Source: Candidatus Latescibacterota bacterium (GTDB lineage: Bacteria > Latescibacterota > UBA2968 > GCA-2709665). Taken from it: a stretch of DNA of 64,000 nucleotides. This document shows, in pieces, positions 30,715 through 40,800 of this stretch. Each line of letters begins with the position of its first letter. Positions within the stretch are counted from its first letter, which is position 1. The translations under genes were made by a program, and so were the position numbers. Below the pieces are notes generated by a model. The model was not told the DNA's origin and searched no databases. It saw nothing but the letters and a program-made list of their open reading frames with translations. Where the stretch lies: NCBI GenBank assembly GCA_965219995.1, contig CBDCOX010000002.1, positions 768,001 through 832,000 of the forward strand, read 5' to 3'.

Positions 30715-32064
30715 TTAAGCTGACCTGATGTGGTCGATCACCTCGGCCTTGAGTGCCTCTCTCAGCAACGGGTTATCGACACAGAAGATACGTACGACCT
30801 TGGCCTGCGTCTCAAAATTGCCGATCAGATACTCCTTGAGCATGGAGACTTCCGGGTCGTCGAATTGGAGGGGGTCGGCTTTGTCGACAGGGATGTGGGA
30901 CCCGAAATAGACATTCAGGTTTACTTCGGGGCTCTTTCCAAGGCGGGGAATATCGATGAGAATTTCGTCGCCGTTCAGTCGGAGCCCGGTCTTCGTGCCG
31001 AACGCCCTGCACAGCTCAATTTCGAGCATGCGCCGGTCCGGCGGATGGTAATACAACCTTGCGAGTTTGGCCGCCAGTCCCTCTTCTCGCTCGTGAGGGA
31101 AGAAGACCCGGGCGACTTTATGGAGTTTTCGGCGTTTCAGACGGCCTATCATGCTGTTTCGTCGATCGACGCCCAGTCTGTCCATTTCCAGTTCCAGGCG
31201 ATGAATCAGGTCGGCTTCCGTCGCCCGGTTGAAGTCGCCTTCGCCAAGGCTGGACGCGTGATGGTGCAACAGGTCCTGGACGCCACGTTTGAACATTGCG
31301 TTGGCAGACCGCACCGCGTGGTGCCAGTAGACGTTTCGATACATCAGATAGCTGGTGAATACGAGGGCTTCCACCGCCGAAACACCCTTGTAGGTGATTG
31401 CGGGGCGTTGTCCCTTCGGATCGTACGTTATTGAGCCCAACAGGCGGTCGCGGTTGACGGATTCTCCGAACGGCACACCGCAGTAGCGCGCGTCTCTCAG
31501 CAGGTAGTCGATTTTGTCCGGATCGAGTGTACCGCTCAGAATGTGCGCCAGGCGCAGATCCTCATCGGGGATGGACACGTTTCGGTTGCGATAGTCAATC
31601 ACGTTCGCCACGCGAAGGGGGTCCGTCTCCGTCTGTATCAGGGCGCGGTTGACCTCCGTAGAGGCGTCGAGGATGATCTGCCGGCCGCGCTCCTCGTGAT
31701 CGGAGAAAAACATCTGCATTTCTTCGAGCACATGGCAGAACGGGTAGTGCCCGATGTCGTGCAGGAGGCTGGCTGCCAGCAGGACCCGTGCATCTTCGAT
31801 CGTGACGTCCAGGGGCGGATCCGCCAGGACAAGCCGGCGCAGAAACTGCCCTGTTATGTGAAAGACTCCCAGAGAATGTTCGAACCGGGAATGGCGCGCG
31901 CCGGGATACACGAGAAGTACATGGCCAAGTTGCGAGATGTCCCGGAGGCGCTGGAATTCCTCGGCGTCAACGAGTGGAACCAGATCGTGGGGAATGTGGA
32001 TGTGTCCCCAAATGGGGTCCCGGATGGCCTTGCCGGTATCCAGAAACCGGAGGTCGATGCGCAT
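30715..32064 (-). CDS. HD-superfamily phosphohydrolase (COG1078 / SAMHD1-like dNTPase family)
   Basis: IRDPIWG, FQRLR.I.QLG, HSRFEHSLGV, LLHDIGH.PF.H, DKIDYLLRD, MY.NVYWH. Confidence 0.9.
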   Translation of the reverse strand: MRIDLRFLDTGKAIRDPIWGHIHIPHDLVPLVDAEEFQRLRDISQLGHVLLVYPGARHSRFEHSLGVFHITGQFLRRLVLADPPLDVTIEDARVLLAASLLHDIGHYPFCHVLEEMQMFFSDHEERGRQIILDASTEVNRALIQTETDPLRVANVIDYRNRNVSIPDEDLRLAHILSGTLDPDKIDYLLRDARYCGVPFGESVNRDRLLGSITYDPKGQRPAITYKGVSAVEALVFTSYLMYRNVYWHHAVRSANAMFKRGVQDLLHHHASSLGEGDFNRATEADLIHRLELEMDRLGVDRRNSMIGRLKRRKLHKVARVFFPHEREEGLAAKLARLYYHPPDRRMLEIELCRAFGTKTGLRLNGDEILIDIPRLGKSPEVNLNVYFGSHIPVDKADPLQFDDPEVSMLKEYLIGNFETQAKVVRIFCVDNPLLREALKAEVIDHIRSA

Positions 32065-32349
32065 AGTCGGATGCTCGGTGGGAGGCCGCTATGGGAAGGA
32101 GAACGGCCGTACACGATCGGTTCGAAAAACACTGGCATGACGCCCGTCATCAGTGATTTTACCGTGTTCGGCACTTCGAAATATCGGTATCGAAGGGTTG
32201 CATGTCAAGTCTCGCGGCCTGAAACGGACTTCCCCGGCGCAGGGTGTCGGAATTGAAGCTCACATTACGGTTCGGTATTCCGCGGCTGAACGGCGTCAAC
32301 GCCAGGATGCCGCCTGCCTGAGGCCGGCCGCTTTTCGAAGAGGTCACCG

Positions 32350-33072
32350 ATGTCTGTATTGGAGGCATGGTGGGAAGGCCCATCGCGTCGGGCGCGTGTG
32401 GCGGTGATTGCAGAAATGTCCAGGGTGCTCGACGAAACATTCGGCGGCGCAGCCTGGGACCTCAAACGCGTACGTCCGGACGGCCTCGATGCGCTGATGC
32501 GGACCATCCTGTCGCAAAACACGAACGACGAAAACCGGGACCGGGCATACGAAAGGATGCGTGCGCGGTTTCCGGTTTGGAGTGACGTGATGGCAGCAGA
32601 CACGGCGGCCCTGAAGGACGCCATCCGCGTGGCAGGACTGGCGAATACGAAGGCCCCGAATATGCAGGCGTTTCTATGTTGGCTGGCGCGTGAACGGGGG
32701 AGCTTGAATCTGGACTTTCTCAGGGACCTGCCGAACCGGACCGCGGTAACCATGTTGACGGAACATCGAGGCATTGGGATCAAGACGGCATATATTGTGC
32801 TGGCCTTTGCCTTCGACCGCGACCTGTGTGCGGTGGATACGCATGTGTATCGCGTGCTCCGTCGGGTGGGGATTGTTTCGGCGCGATGCGGCCGTGAGAA
32901 AGCCCACACGGAACTCGCGCCTCTGGTCCCGAAAGGCCAGGCCAGGCCGTTTCACATGAACATGGTTGATTTCGGCAAGACGGTGTGTACCGCCAGAAAC
33001 CCTTCCTGCGATGTCTGTCCCGTTTCCCATCTGTGCAGAACCTATCACGAAATACAGGACGGGCGCGTCTGA
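32350..33072 (+). CDS. endonuclease III-like HhH-GPD DNA glycosylase
   Basis: ILSQNTND, GIGIKTA, VDTHVYR, [4Fe-4S] motif CTARNPSCDVCPVSHLC. Confidence 0.92.
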   Translation: MSVLEAWWEGPSRRARVAVIAEMSRVLDETFGGAAWDLKRVRPDGLDALMRTILSQNTNDENRDRAYERMRARFPVWSDVMAADTAALKDAIRVAGLANTKAPNMQAFLCWLARERGSLNLDFLRDLPNRTAVTMLTEHRGIGIKTAYIVLAFAFDRDLCAVDTHVYRVLRRVGIVSARCGREKAHTELAPLVPKGQARPFHMNMVDFGKTVCTARNPSCDVCPVSHLCRTYHEIQDGRV

Positions 33073-33135
33073 CAGCAAAAGGTTCCGAATGCTGCCGCGT
33101 CAACGGATTGCCCGGGCGGTGGCGGCACGTGTGCG

Positions 33136-34203
33136 TCAATCGATCCTGATTCGCTGAAGGTCGTACGAGTCGACGTTGTAGGGCTCGAAAGTGTCGTCGT
33201 CGCCGGGCGTATAGACCGCGACGTAGAGATTTCGATCGTCGTTATCGATGACGATGCCGCGTTCTTTGAGGTTTCCTGCCGCGAGAAGATAGTTCGTCTC
33301 CAGTTTTGTCTGCGTATTGAATTCGACGATGAACACACCCGCTTCATCGGCGTCCGTAGGCGCGACGAACAGACGTCGGCCGTCGCGGCTCAACGCAAGC
33401 CCCAGAGCGGGAGACTTGATTTCGTATTTGCCCGTCAGCGTCAGATCGCGGGCGCTGAATACCCACAGATCCTTGACGTTGCCGCGGTCATCCGGGTCCG
33501 CCAGCCCCAGAAAGAGATGGTCGTTGGAAGGTCCCATCACGAAATCGTTGATCCTGGCGGAGAAACTGAAGCGGGTTGACGTGGTTTCTGTCGATGGGAA
33601 ATGCCCTGAGGCGTCGTATTTCAGGACGTTGTTCCTGGCGGCAACGAAGAGCTTACGGTCGCCGTGGTCCATCAGCAGAGCGCCCGAACGCACATTCCCG
33701 CTGGTTTCCAGATTGTCTGCAATGGATACCGCAATCAACAGCGGTTCATCCAGCGAGGACACGTAAACAATCGAATCGGTCCCGCAGACGATGTGGGATA
33801 TGTCATTCAGCGAAAACGGAACTGTCTTAAGGATGGCGAACGCATTCAGGTCGATTACTTTCAGGTTCGATTCGCCGTTCAGGCCCACCACCAGACGGCG
33901 CCGGTCCGGGGTAATGTCGAGGTCGATGGGGTGCGAACCTACCTGAAGGCTCCCTTCCACCACCATCTGGCTGCCGGTGTGAACGCGGAGTATCCGGTTG
34001 TTTCCGTAGTCGGCAAGGTACAGATACGGCTGGACCGGGTCCATGACCATATCAGAGATGTTCACGCCGAGTTTCAGGATCTCGAAATCTGTGAATTCGT
34101 AAAACTGCTCCGGCTCTTCGTCGTCTAAATAGAGCGAACAGCCCGAGACGAGAAGAAACACGGACAGAACAAGAAAAAGGAATCGGCCGCCTGTCTTTCC
34201 CAT
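33136..34203 (-). CDS. YncE/YVTN-like beta-propeller lipoprotein
   Basis: Lipobox LVSG-C; repeats VGSHPIDLDITPD, LALSRDGRRLFV, IDNDDRNLYV. Alternative start at 34239. Confidence 0.75.
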   Translation of the reverse strand: MGKTGGRFLFLVLSVFLLVSGCSLYLDDEEPEQFYEFTDFEILKLGVNISDMVMDPVQPYLYLADYGNNRILRVHTGSQMVVEGSLQVGSHPIDLDITPDRRRLVVGLNGESNLKVIDLNAFAILKTVPFSLNDISHIVCGTDSIVYVSSLDEPLLIAVSIADNLETSGNVRSGALLMDHGDRKLFVAARNNVLKYDASGHFPSTETTSTRFSFSARINDFVMGPSNDHLFLGLADPDDRGNVKDLWVFSARDLTLTGKYEIKSPALGLALSRDGRRLFVAPTDADEAGVFIVEFNTQTKLETNYLLAAGNLKERGIVIDNDDRNLYVAVYTPGDDDTFEPYNVDSYDLQRIRID

Positions 34204-34222
34204 GAGGAGAATGCCGGATCGC

Positions 34223-35188
34223 CTAAAAAGAGAAGACATAGGACGTGCTCAGTTCAATCAGATAGTCGGACGTCAGCTGGCTCTCGTTCACGTTCTGGAA
34301 TACGACGATGGGCAGGTGAAATTCAACGCTCAGATTGTCCAGGACATTGATCCCCAGTTCCGGCGTAAGATACGTCCACCTCCCGCCGCGTTCCCTTGTA
34401 ATCTTGCCGAACTGGTATCGGTCTCTTGACGTGATCAGGTTTTTCAAACTCAAGCCGCCGAAGAACCAGCCTTCGCCCGCATATTCCAGAGACAGGCTTG
34501 CGTGCAGTTCGTTTCCGTATTTGTAGCCGTAGATGTTCTGCCGTGTGGTGATGCGTGTGAAGACGCCACCGGAGACCGTCAGGTCTTCGAGTTGATGAAA
34601 CACATTGAACGCGAGAATCGGATCCACGCTTCCTGATCCAATCTGAAGATTGTCGGAGAAACGCTCGCCGTATTGGTCTATTGCATTAACGGATCCGTTT
34701 GCCAGCTTCATTCCAACGCCGACATTCATAGCGGGAAAACCCGCTATCAGAGGTGCGGCGTAATTCAACATGACCACGATATCGCCCAGGCCGGAAGCAT
34801 GCCGGACATACTTCCCTCCCTCATATTGATTGTGGTTCTGGCCGCGCAGAAGCACCTTTTCGTTGGTCACGGAACGAAAAGGGACGGCCAGCGCGAGACC
34901 GATGCGTCCGGTCACACCGTACGAGGCGAAGACGGTGGTCGTGGCATTATCGGTTCGCTCACGATTGACGTTCGGTATCGCGCGAGACCCGTAGTGGGGG
35001 TCGGACAGGAACTCGTAATCGTAGTGAACGCTGAGCTTCAGATGGTCCTGTACGCCCAGATTGTTCTGCATCAGGCTTCCGCCCGGAAGCACGGGGCGGC
35101 GTCAGCTGACGCCGCCTTGAGCGTTGGCGGCCTGGGCCGTGATGAATTGCGTTAAAATGAACAGGCAGAACGCTGAGTACAAACGCAT
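34223..35188 (-). CDS. putative selenocysteine-containing outer-membrane beta-barrel protein (in-frame TGA at 35102-35104)
   Basis: RBS GAGGA and ATG 35188 give a signal peptide MRLYSAF...AANA-QGGVS, then TGA, then the same frame continues RRPVLPGG... to a C-terminal YVFSF. Motifs GLGDI and LQIGSGSVD. Hairpin 11 nt after the TGA. Confidence 0.75.
35075..35090 (-). promoter_or_regulatory. candidate bacterial SECIS hairpin
   Basis: UGA, 11 nt, GCUUCC-GGGC-GGAAGC; the loop begins with G. Confidence 0.6.
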
Positions 35189-35356
35189 ACGGGGTTTCCT
35201 CGTTCCCTGGGTTTTAAACTGGAGGCTGGCGTCCGGGTTTCGCGGGTTGAAATATACCTTACATGCGCCTGGATGGCAAGGCGGATTTTGGTTCATGAGT
35301 CCACATAGAGCCCAAATTTACATATCTTTACATAACCCGCCGCCGCTCGTTTTCGC

Positions 35357-35385
35357 TTGACACCACCTGGCGATTGCGCTATCTT
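35357..35385 (+). promoter_or_regulatory. tRNA operon promoter
   Basis: TTGACA, 17 bp, TATCTT upstream of tRNA-Arg. Confidence 0.7.
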
Positions 35386-35429
35386 TATCCACCGCTTTTC
35401 AGCGGACGGCTTCGTGCGCCGGACTTGTG

Positions 35430-35503
35430 GCTCCCGTAGCTCAGCTGGATAGAGCAACTGCCTTCTAAGCAGTAGGTCGCAGGTTCGAGTCCTGCCGGGA
35501 GTG
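35430..35503 (+). tRNA. tRNA-Arg(TCT)
   Basis: Cloverleaf with GCTCCCG/CGGGAGT acceptor, ACTGC-CTTCTAA-GCAGT anticodon arm and TTCGAGT T loop; CCA not encoded. Confidence 0.96.
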
Positions 35504-35519
35504 TATTGTGGCAGTTCGT

Positions 35520-35597
35520 GGTGGGTGTAGCTCAGATGGTTAGAGCGCCTGGTTGTGGCCCAGGAGGTCGGGGGTTCAAGTCCCCTCACTCACCCCA
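35520..35597 (+). tRNA. tRNA-His(GTG)
   Basis: G-1, GTGGGTG/CACTCAC acceptor, TTGTGGC anticodon loop, C73, encoded CCA. Confidence 0.96.
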
Positions 35598-35671
35598 TTT
35601 TTTTCGCTTTCTCTGGCCTTTGGTTCTCTGTCGGTTGTGGACCAGAGGTTTTTTCACGTCCACCACATTCC

Positions 35672-37033
35672 ATGATTTCGGCCGACCACCTTCGAAGCGA
35701 GCCGTTACGGGCGATGATTATCGGCCTGGATGGTACTCCATGCAGTCTGATACACCGGATGGTCTCCGACGGCCTGATGCCGAATTTCGCGAACCTGCTG
35801 CAGGGCGGAAGCCTGTCGTATATGGAGTCCGTATTGCCCACGGTCTCATCGGTGGCCTGGGCGTCGCTGGTAACCGGGTGCAATCCGGGCAAGCACAATA
35901 TCTATGGCTTCATCGATCGTGTGCCGCAGACCCACGAAATGTACATCCCGACGTCCCGAACAATGCGAGCCAGGACGTGGACGGAGATTTTCAGCGGGAT
36001 GGGCGGGCGTGTCTTTTCCATGGGCGTGCCGACGACCTACCCCCCAAAGCCGGTGAACGGCATTCAGATTTCGGGCTTTCTGGCGCCGGACTTGAAACGG
36101 GCAACCTATCCCACCGATGTGGCAGACCTGTTGTCTGAGATGGGGTACAAAATCGACATTGACGCGTGGCTAGCCCGCCGGGACACGGAGAGATTTCTGG
36201 ACGATGTATTCCGGGCTCTGGAGCGACGGTTCGACGCGATGTTCCACTTCCTGGACCAGGAGCCATGGGACCTGTTTGTCGCGCATGTTCTGGAAACGGA
36301 CAGATTGCACCATTTTCTGTGGGGACTTTTTGAGGACGGCAGCGAGACTTATCTGCCCTGGTTCAACCGGTTTTATGCCCGGGTTGACCGTGCCATCGGA
36401 GAAGTCACGAACCGCCTTGACGACGACGTATTGCTGATGATTGTATCCGACCATGGATTCTGCAAGTTGAAGTATGAAGTACATTTGAATTTCTGGCTTC
36501 GACAGGCAGGCTATTTGCGTACCCCGGTTCGACAGGCCAAAGGACTTCGCGACCTGGCGCCGGGCTCGCGTTGTTACTCACTGTTGCCCGGGCGCATGTA
36601 TATCTCTCTGCGCGGCCGCGAACGCGGTGGATGCGTGGCGCCCGGGGCGGAGTACGAGTCAGTGAGACAGGACATCGCCGACGGACTGATGGAGATCCGA
36701 AATCCTGTAACGGGTGTACCGGTGATCCGGAGGGTCTTCAGGCGCGAGGAACTCTATACCGGCGATGCATTCGACCTGGCGCCGGACCTGGTGGCCATGC
36801 CGGAGGACGGGTATGATTTGAAGGGTGGATTCGACAAAGAGGAATTGATGACGCGCGGTCCGGTAAACGGCACCCATACCTTCTCGGACGCGATGTTTTT
36901 TGTCAATCGCAAGGTGGATTTATTGCCACGGCTTCGCGTGATCGACGTGTTTCCGACGCTTTTTGATGCCGTCGGTCTGAACGTCCCTGCCGGTGTCGAC
37001 GGGCGGTCCGTCGTTGCCGGCAGCGTGAACTGA
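35672..37033 (+). CDS. alkaline phosphatase superfamily / type I phosphodiesterase-nucleotide pyrophosphatase
   Basis: IIGLDG, S.AW.SL.TG.NPGKH.IYGF, ETDRLHH, VSDHGF, GTH. The start must lie after the tRNAs (ATG 35672). Confidence 0.88.
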   Translation: MISADHLRSEPLRAMIIGLDGTPCSLIHRMVSDGLMPNFANLLQGGSLSYMESVLPTVSSVAWASLVTGCNPGKHNIYGFIDRVPQTHEMYIPTSRTMRARTWTEIFSGMGGRVFSMGVPTTYPPKPVNGIQISGFLAPDLKRATYPTDVADLLSEMGYKIDIDAWLARRDTERFLDDVFRALERRFDAMFHFLDQEPWDLFVAHVLETDRLHHFLWGLFEDGSETYLPWFNRFYARVDRAIGEVTNRLDDDVLLMIVSDHGFCKLKYEVHLNFWLRQAGYLRTPVRQAKGLRDLAPGSRCYSLLPGRMYISLRGRERGGCVAPGAEYESVRQDIADGLMEIRNPVTGVPVIRRVFRREELYTGDAFDLAPDLVAMPEDGYDLKGGFDKEELMTRGPVNGTHTFSDAMFFVNRKVDLLPRLRVIDVFPTLFDAVGLNVPAGVDGRSVVAGSVN

Positions 37034-37105
37034 GGCGCGAGGAAACACACCGGACCGGCGCATGCGGGTGGACGCCGGGTTTGGCACAGTGACGCGGGGA
37101 ATGGC

Positions 37106-37738
37106 ATGAAACCTGGAGATTTCGCTTTCGGAAGCGTCTTGTCGAAATTGTTCCTGATTGCGCTCGCAACGGGTGTATCGGCGGCTTTCGCTCACGCCGA
37201 CCGCGGCCACGTGCTGGACACCAGCGAAGAGAACATGGAGCGGATCGCCGGGTCGCTCGGGGTACGGTGTAGTTACTGTCATACCTCACGGAGGCCGGAT
37301 GGAAGACCTGACTTCGAAGCGCCTTCCCTGTTCAAGGAGACAGCCGTCCATATGAAGGTACACTTTGTGGACGGCCTGAAAACCGCGGATGGGAAATCGC
37401 TGGACTGCCTGTCCTGCCACCAGGGGAACGCCCGATTTATTCCGCGTGACCTCAAGGATGCCAAACCGTCCAACATGTCCGAGCGGCTGCCCCGGCGGGA
37501 GATCTTTCGGAAGATGAAGGCCATTGAGAAGGCGCTGGGGGTTAACTGCGAATTCTGCCATGTCAGGCGCGAAGACGGACGCCTCGCCCCGGAACAGCCG
37601 ACGAAGCACAAGCTGATGGCCAAATACATGATGGACCACTACGAGGGTGCGTTGATCACGTCAGGCGGGAAGCCGGTCACCTGCGCAACCTGCCACGCGG
37701 GTACAGCTGCATTTCTGCCGCGCTCGACGGGTGAGTGA
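37106..37738 (+). CDS. secreted tetraheme c-type cytochrome (PufC-like repeats)
   Basis: Signal peptide (AHA) and four CxxCH motifs: CSYCH, CLSCH, CEFCH, CATCH. Confidence 0.88.
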   Translation: MKPGDFAFGSVLSKLFLIALATGVSAAFAHADRGHVLDTSEENMERIAGSLGVRCSYCHTSRRPDGRPDFEAPSLFKETAVHMKVHFVDGLKTADGKSLDCLSCHQGNARFIPRDLKDAKPSNMSERLPRREIFRKMKAIEKALGVNCEFCHVRREDGRLAPEQPTKHKLMAKYMMDHYEGALITSGGKPVTCATCHAGTAAFLPRSTGE

Positions 37739-37763
37739 AAGCGTAGAGGTCGGCATGAAAAGC

Positions 37764-37800
37764 AGAAGGGCCGGACGGAAAACCGTCCGGCCCTTCTTTC
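37764..37800. terminator. terminator between the convergent cytochrome and nrdJ genes
   Basis: Perfect 15-bp stem AGAAGGGCCGGACGG-AAAA-CCGTCCGGCCCTTCT. Confidence 0.85.
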
Positions 37801-37815
37801 CTTATTCGCCTTTTG

Positions 37816-40800
37816 CTATGAACAGCCCACCGAATTCCCGCAATTCAGGCAGCGATAGCACGAGCCGTTACGGACCGTAATGTGACCGCACGTGTCGCAA
37901 AAAGGCGCATCCCCCATCATCCGCGAGAGTTGATCGTCGAGGACCATGGTTTGAGGATGCGCGTGCGCTTCCGTATGGGATGACGATCCATTGGACGCGG
38001 TTTGTTGTGAACCGGCGCCGTTGGCCGCCGGATTGGCTTTCGGGGCCGGGTCTGCCGGCGGGGAAGCGCCCTGAGTGTCGGCGGGTACGCCGGGCGACAC
38101 GGAACTCCGGGAAGAGAGTGAAATCATTTCGGTTTCCAGGTCCTGGTGGTCGTTGATGTCCGGAGCGATATCTTCGGGTTTGACTTGCAGAAAGTCCGTC
38201 CGGCCAAGGTATTCATAGCCCAGGACACGGAAGATATAATCGATGACGGAAGTCGCGAATTTTATGTTGGGGTGATCGACGGATCCCCACGGTTCGAAAC
38301 GCGTAAAAGTTAAGCGGTCCACGAACTCTTCGAGGGGTACACCGTGTTGCAGACCCTTGGAAATGGCGATGGCGAAGCAGTCCAACATGGCGCGAAACGG
38401 CGCACCCTCTTTGCTCATGTCGATGAAGATTTCGCCGAGAGTACCGTCTTCGTATTCACCCGTGCGCAAGAAAACCTTCTGGTTGGCCACGCGCGCCTCC
38501 TGGGTGAATCCGCTTCGTTTCTTAGGGAGGCGCCTCCTGGTGGGCCGCGTCGCCAGCGGAACGGGCTCCGGCTTTGATTTTCCGGATGCACCTGCCAATG
38601 ACTCATCGCGCGATGCGACCGCCTCGGCGGCTTCCTCGTTCACGTCCGATTTGGTTGCCGTACTCAACGGCTGCGAGAGTTTGGAGCCGTCTCGATAGAT
38701 GGCCACGGCCTTCAGGCCCAGATTCCAACCCTTGACGTAAAGATCTTCAATCTCTCCCGTGGTGGTTTCGCCAGGGACGTTTACGGTCTTGGAAATGGCT
38801 CCGCAAATAAACTTCTGGGCGGCGGACATCATGCCTAGATGCGCCATCGGGGCAATAAAGCGTTTGCCATGTCTGCCACACTTGTTGGCGCAGTCGAATA
38901 CGGCCAGATGCTCATCTTTGAGATGAGGCGCACCTTCAATGGTCATTCGGCCGCAGACGTATTCGCTGGCTTCGTTGACTTGCATTTCGGTAAAGCCGAG
39001 TTCAGCGAGCAGATTGAAGCCGGGGGCGTTGTACTGTTCCGGAGCGTAGCCCAGGCGTTGCATCAGTGCTTCGCCGAGAATCCAGGGTGTGAAGGCGAAT
39101 TCCAGTTCAAGAACGCCTGGCAGTGCGCCTTCCGCCTTTTTCAGATCCACCGGGCCGAATCCCTTCGCCATTAACGACTCGGCGTTGACGTGCGGCGCGT
39201 CAATCAGGGTCAGCCTGCCGCAGAGGTAGGCCAGAATGTCGGCAATTTCCGCCTCGGAATAACCGAGGTGCTCCAGAGCCCTGGGCACGGCGTGGTTGAC
39301 AATTTTGAAATAGCCACCGCCGGCAAGCTTTTTGAACTTGACCAGGGCGAAATCGGGTTCGATTCCGGTGGTGTCGCAATCCATCAGAAGGCCGATGGTG
39401 CCGGTTGGCGCGATGACGGTGGCCTGTGCGTTACGATAGCCGTATTTTTCACCCAGTTCAACCGCAAGGTCCCAATCTTCCCTCGCGGCACGAAGCAGAT
39501 CGTCCGGGCACGCGTGAGCGTCGATATTGAACGCGGCATCGCGGTGCATGTTCATGACGTTGAGCATGGGACCGCGGTTCTTTTCGAAGCCCGGAAACGG
39601 ACCCTTGTCGGCCGCCATGCGGGCCGAGGTCGCGTAGGCCTGACCGCACATAATTGCGGTGATGGCGGCGCAGATGGCCCGTGCGCCGTCGCTGTCGTAG
39701 GGCAATCCCTGTACCATCAGAAGCGTTCCCAGGTTGGCATAGCCGAGACCCAGGGGGCGGTAATCGTGGCTGTTCCGGGCGATCATCCGGGTGGGATAGG
39801 ATGCGAAATCGACCAGGATTTCCTGTGCGATGAAAAAGATTTTGCAGGCATAACGGAAACCGTCGATGTCGAAGGTGCCATCCTCATCGAGGAACTTCAT
39901 GAGGTTGATTGATGCGAGATTGCACGCCGTGTCGTCGAGGAACATAAATTCCGAACACGGGTTCGATCCGTAGATGCGGTCGGTGTTGGCGCAGGTGTGC
40001 CAGCGGTTGATGGTGCTGTCATACTGCATGCCGGGGTCGGCGCAGGCCCAGGCGGCTTCGCCGATCTGGCGCATGAGATCGCGGGCCTTGTGCGTTTCGT
40101 AGACTTCGCCGGTCGTGCGAAGCCGGGTGTGCCATTCGCCGTCGTCTTTGCAGGCCTGCATAAACGCGTCGGTGACGCGGACCGAGTTGTTTGAGTTCTG
40201 GCCGGAGACCGTCTGGTAGGCTTCACCGTTGAAGTCGGAACTGTAGCCGGCTGCCATGAGCGCCGCGACCTTCTTTTCTTCTTTTACCTTCCAATTGATG
40301 AAATCGAGAATTTCAGGGTGGTCCATGTCCAGACAGACCATTTTGGCGGCTCGCCGCGTCGTCCCGCCGGATTTGATGGCGCCGGCACCTTTGTCGAGGA
40401 CCTCCAGAAAGGACATCAGGCCGGATGAGACCCCACCACCGGAGAGCTTCTCCATTTTCCCGCGGATTTTCGAGAAATTCGTACCCGTTCCGGATCCGTA
40501 TTTGAAGAGACGAACTTCGCTCTTCAGCAATTCGAAAATGTCCATGGTGTCGTCCTGGACGGATTGAATATAGCAGGCGGAACACTGGGGATGGGAATAC
40601 GAGTCTTTGGTTTCCGATACGGAATTTCCGTTCCAGTGCCAGTTGCCGCCGCTGCCTTGAATCCCGTATTCGTGGTACAGTCCGCAATTGAACCAGACCG
40701 GCGAGTTGAATGCGCCCATCTGATGCACGAGATGGTAGGCAAGTTCCGCTTCGAATGTATCGGCGTCTTCGGTTGAGTCGAAATATCCGCCCTGTTTTTC

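Noticed and set aside
32101-32112. GAAC-GGCC-GTAC as a second SOS box near the endonuclease III-like gene
   Set aside because: One mismatch, a GC-rich spacer, about 240 bp from the gene and no associated promoter; likely chance.
35506-35671. N-terminal extensions of ORFs 35555..37033 and 35506..36138, and ORF 35293..35589
   Set aside because: They overlap the tRNA-Arg/tRNA-His genes; artefacts of longest-ORF calling.
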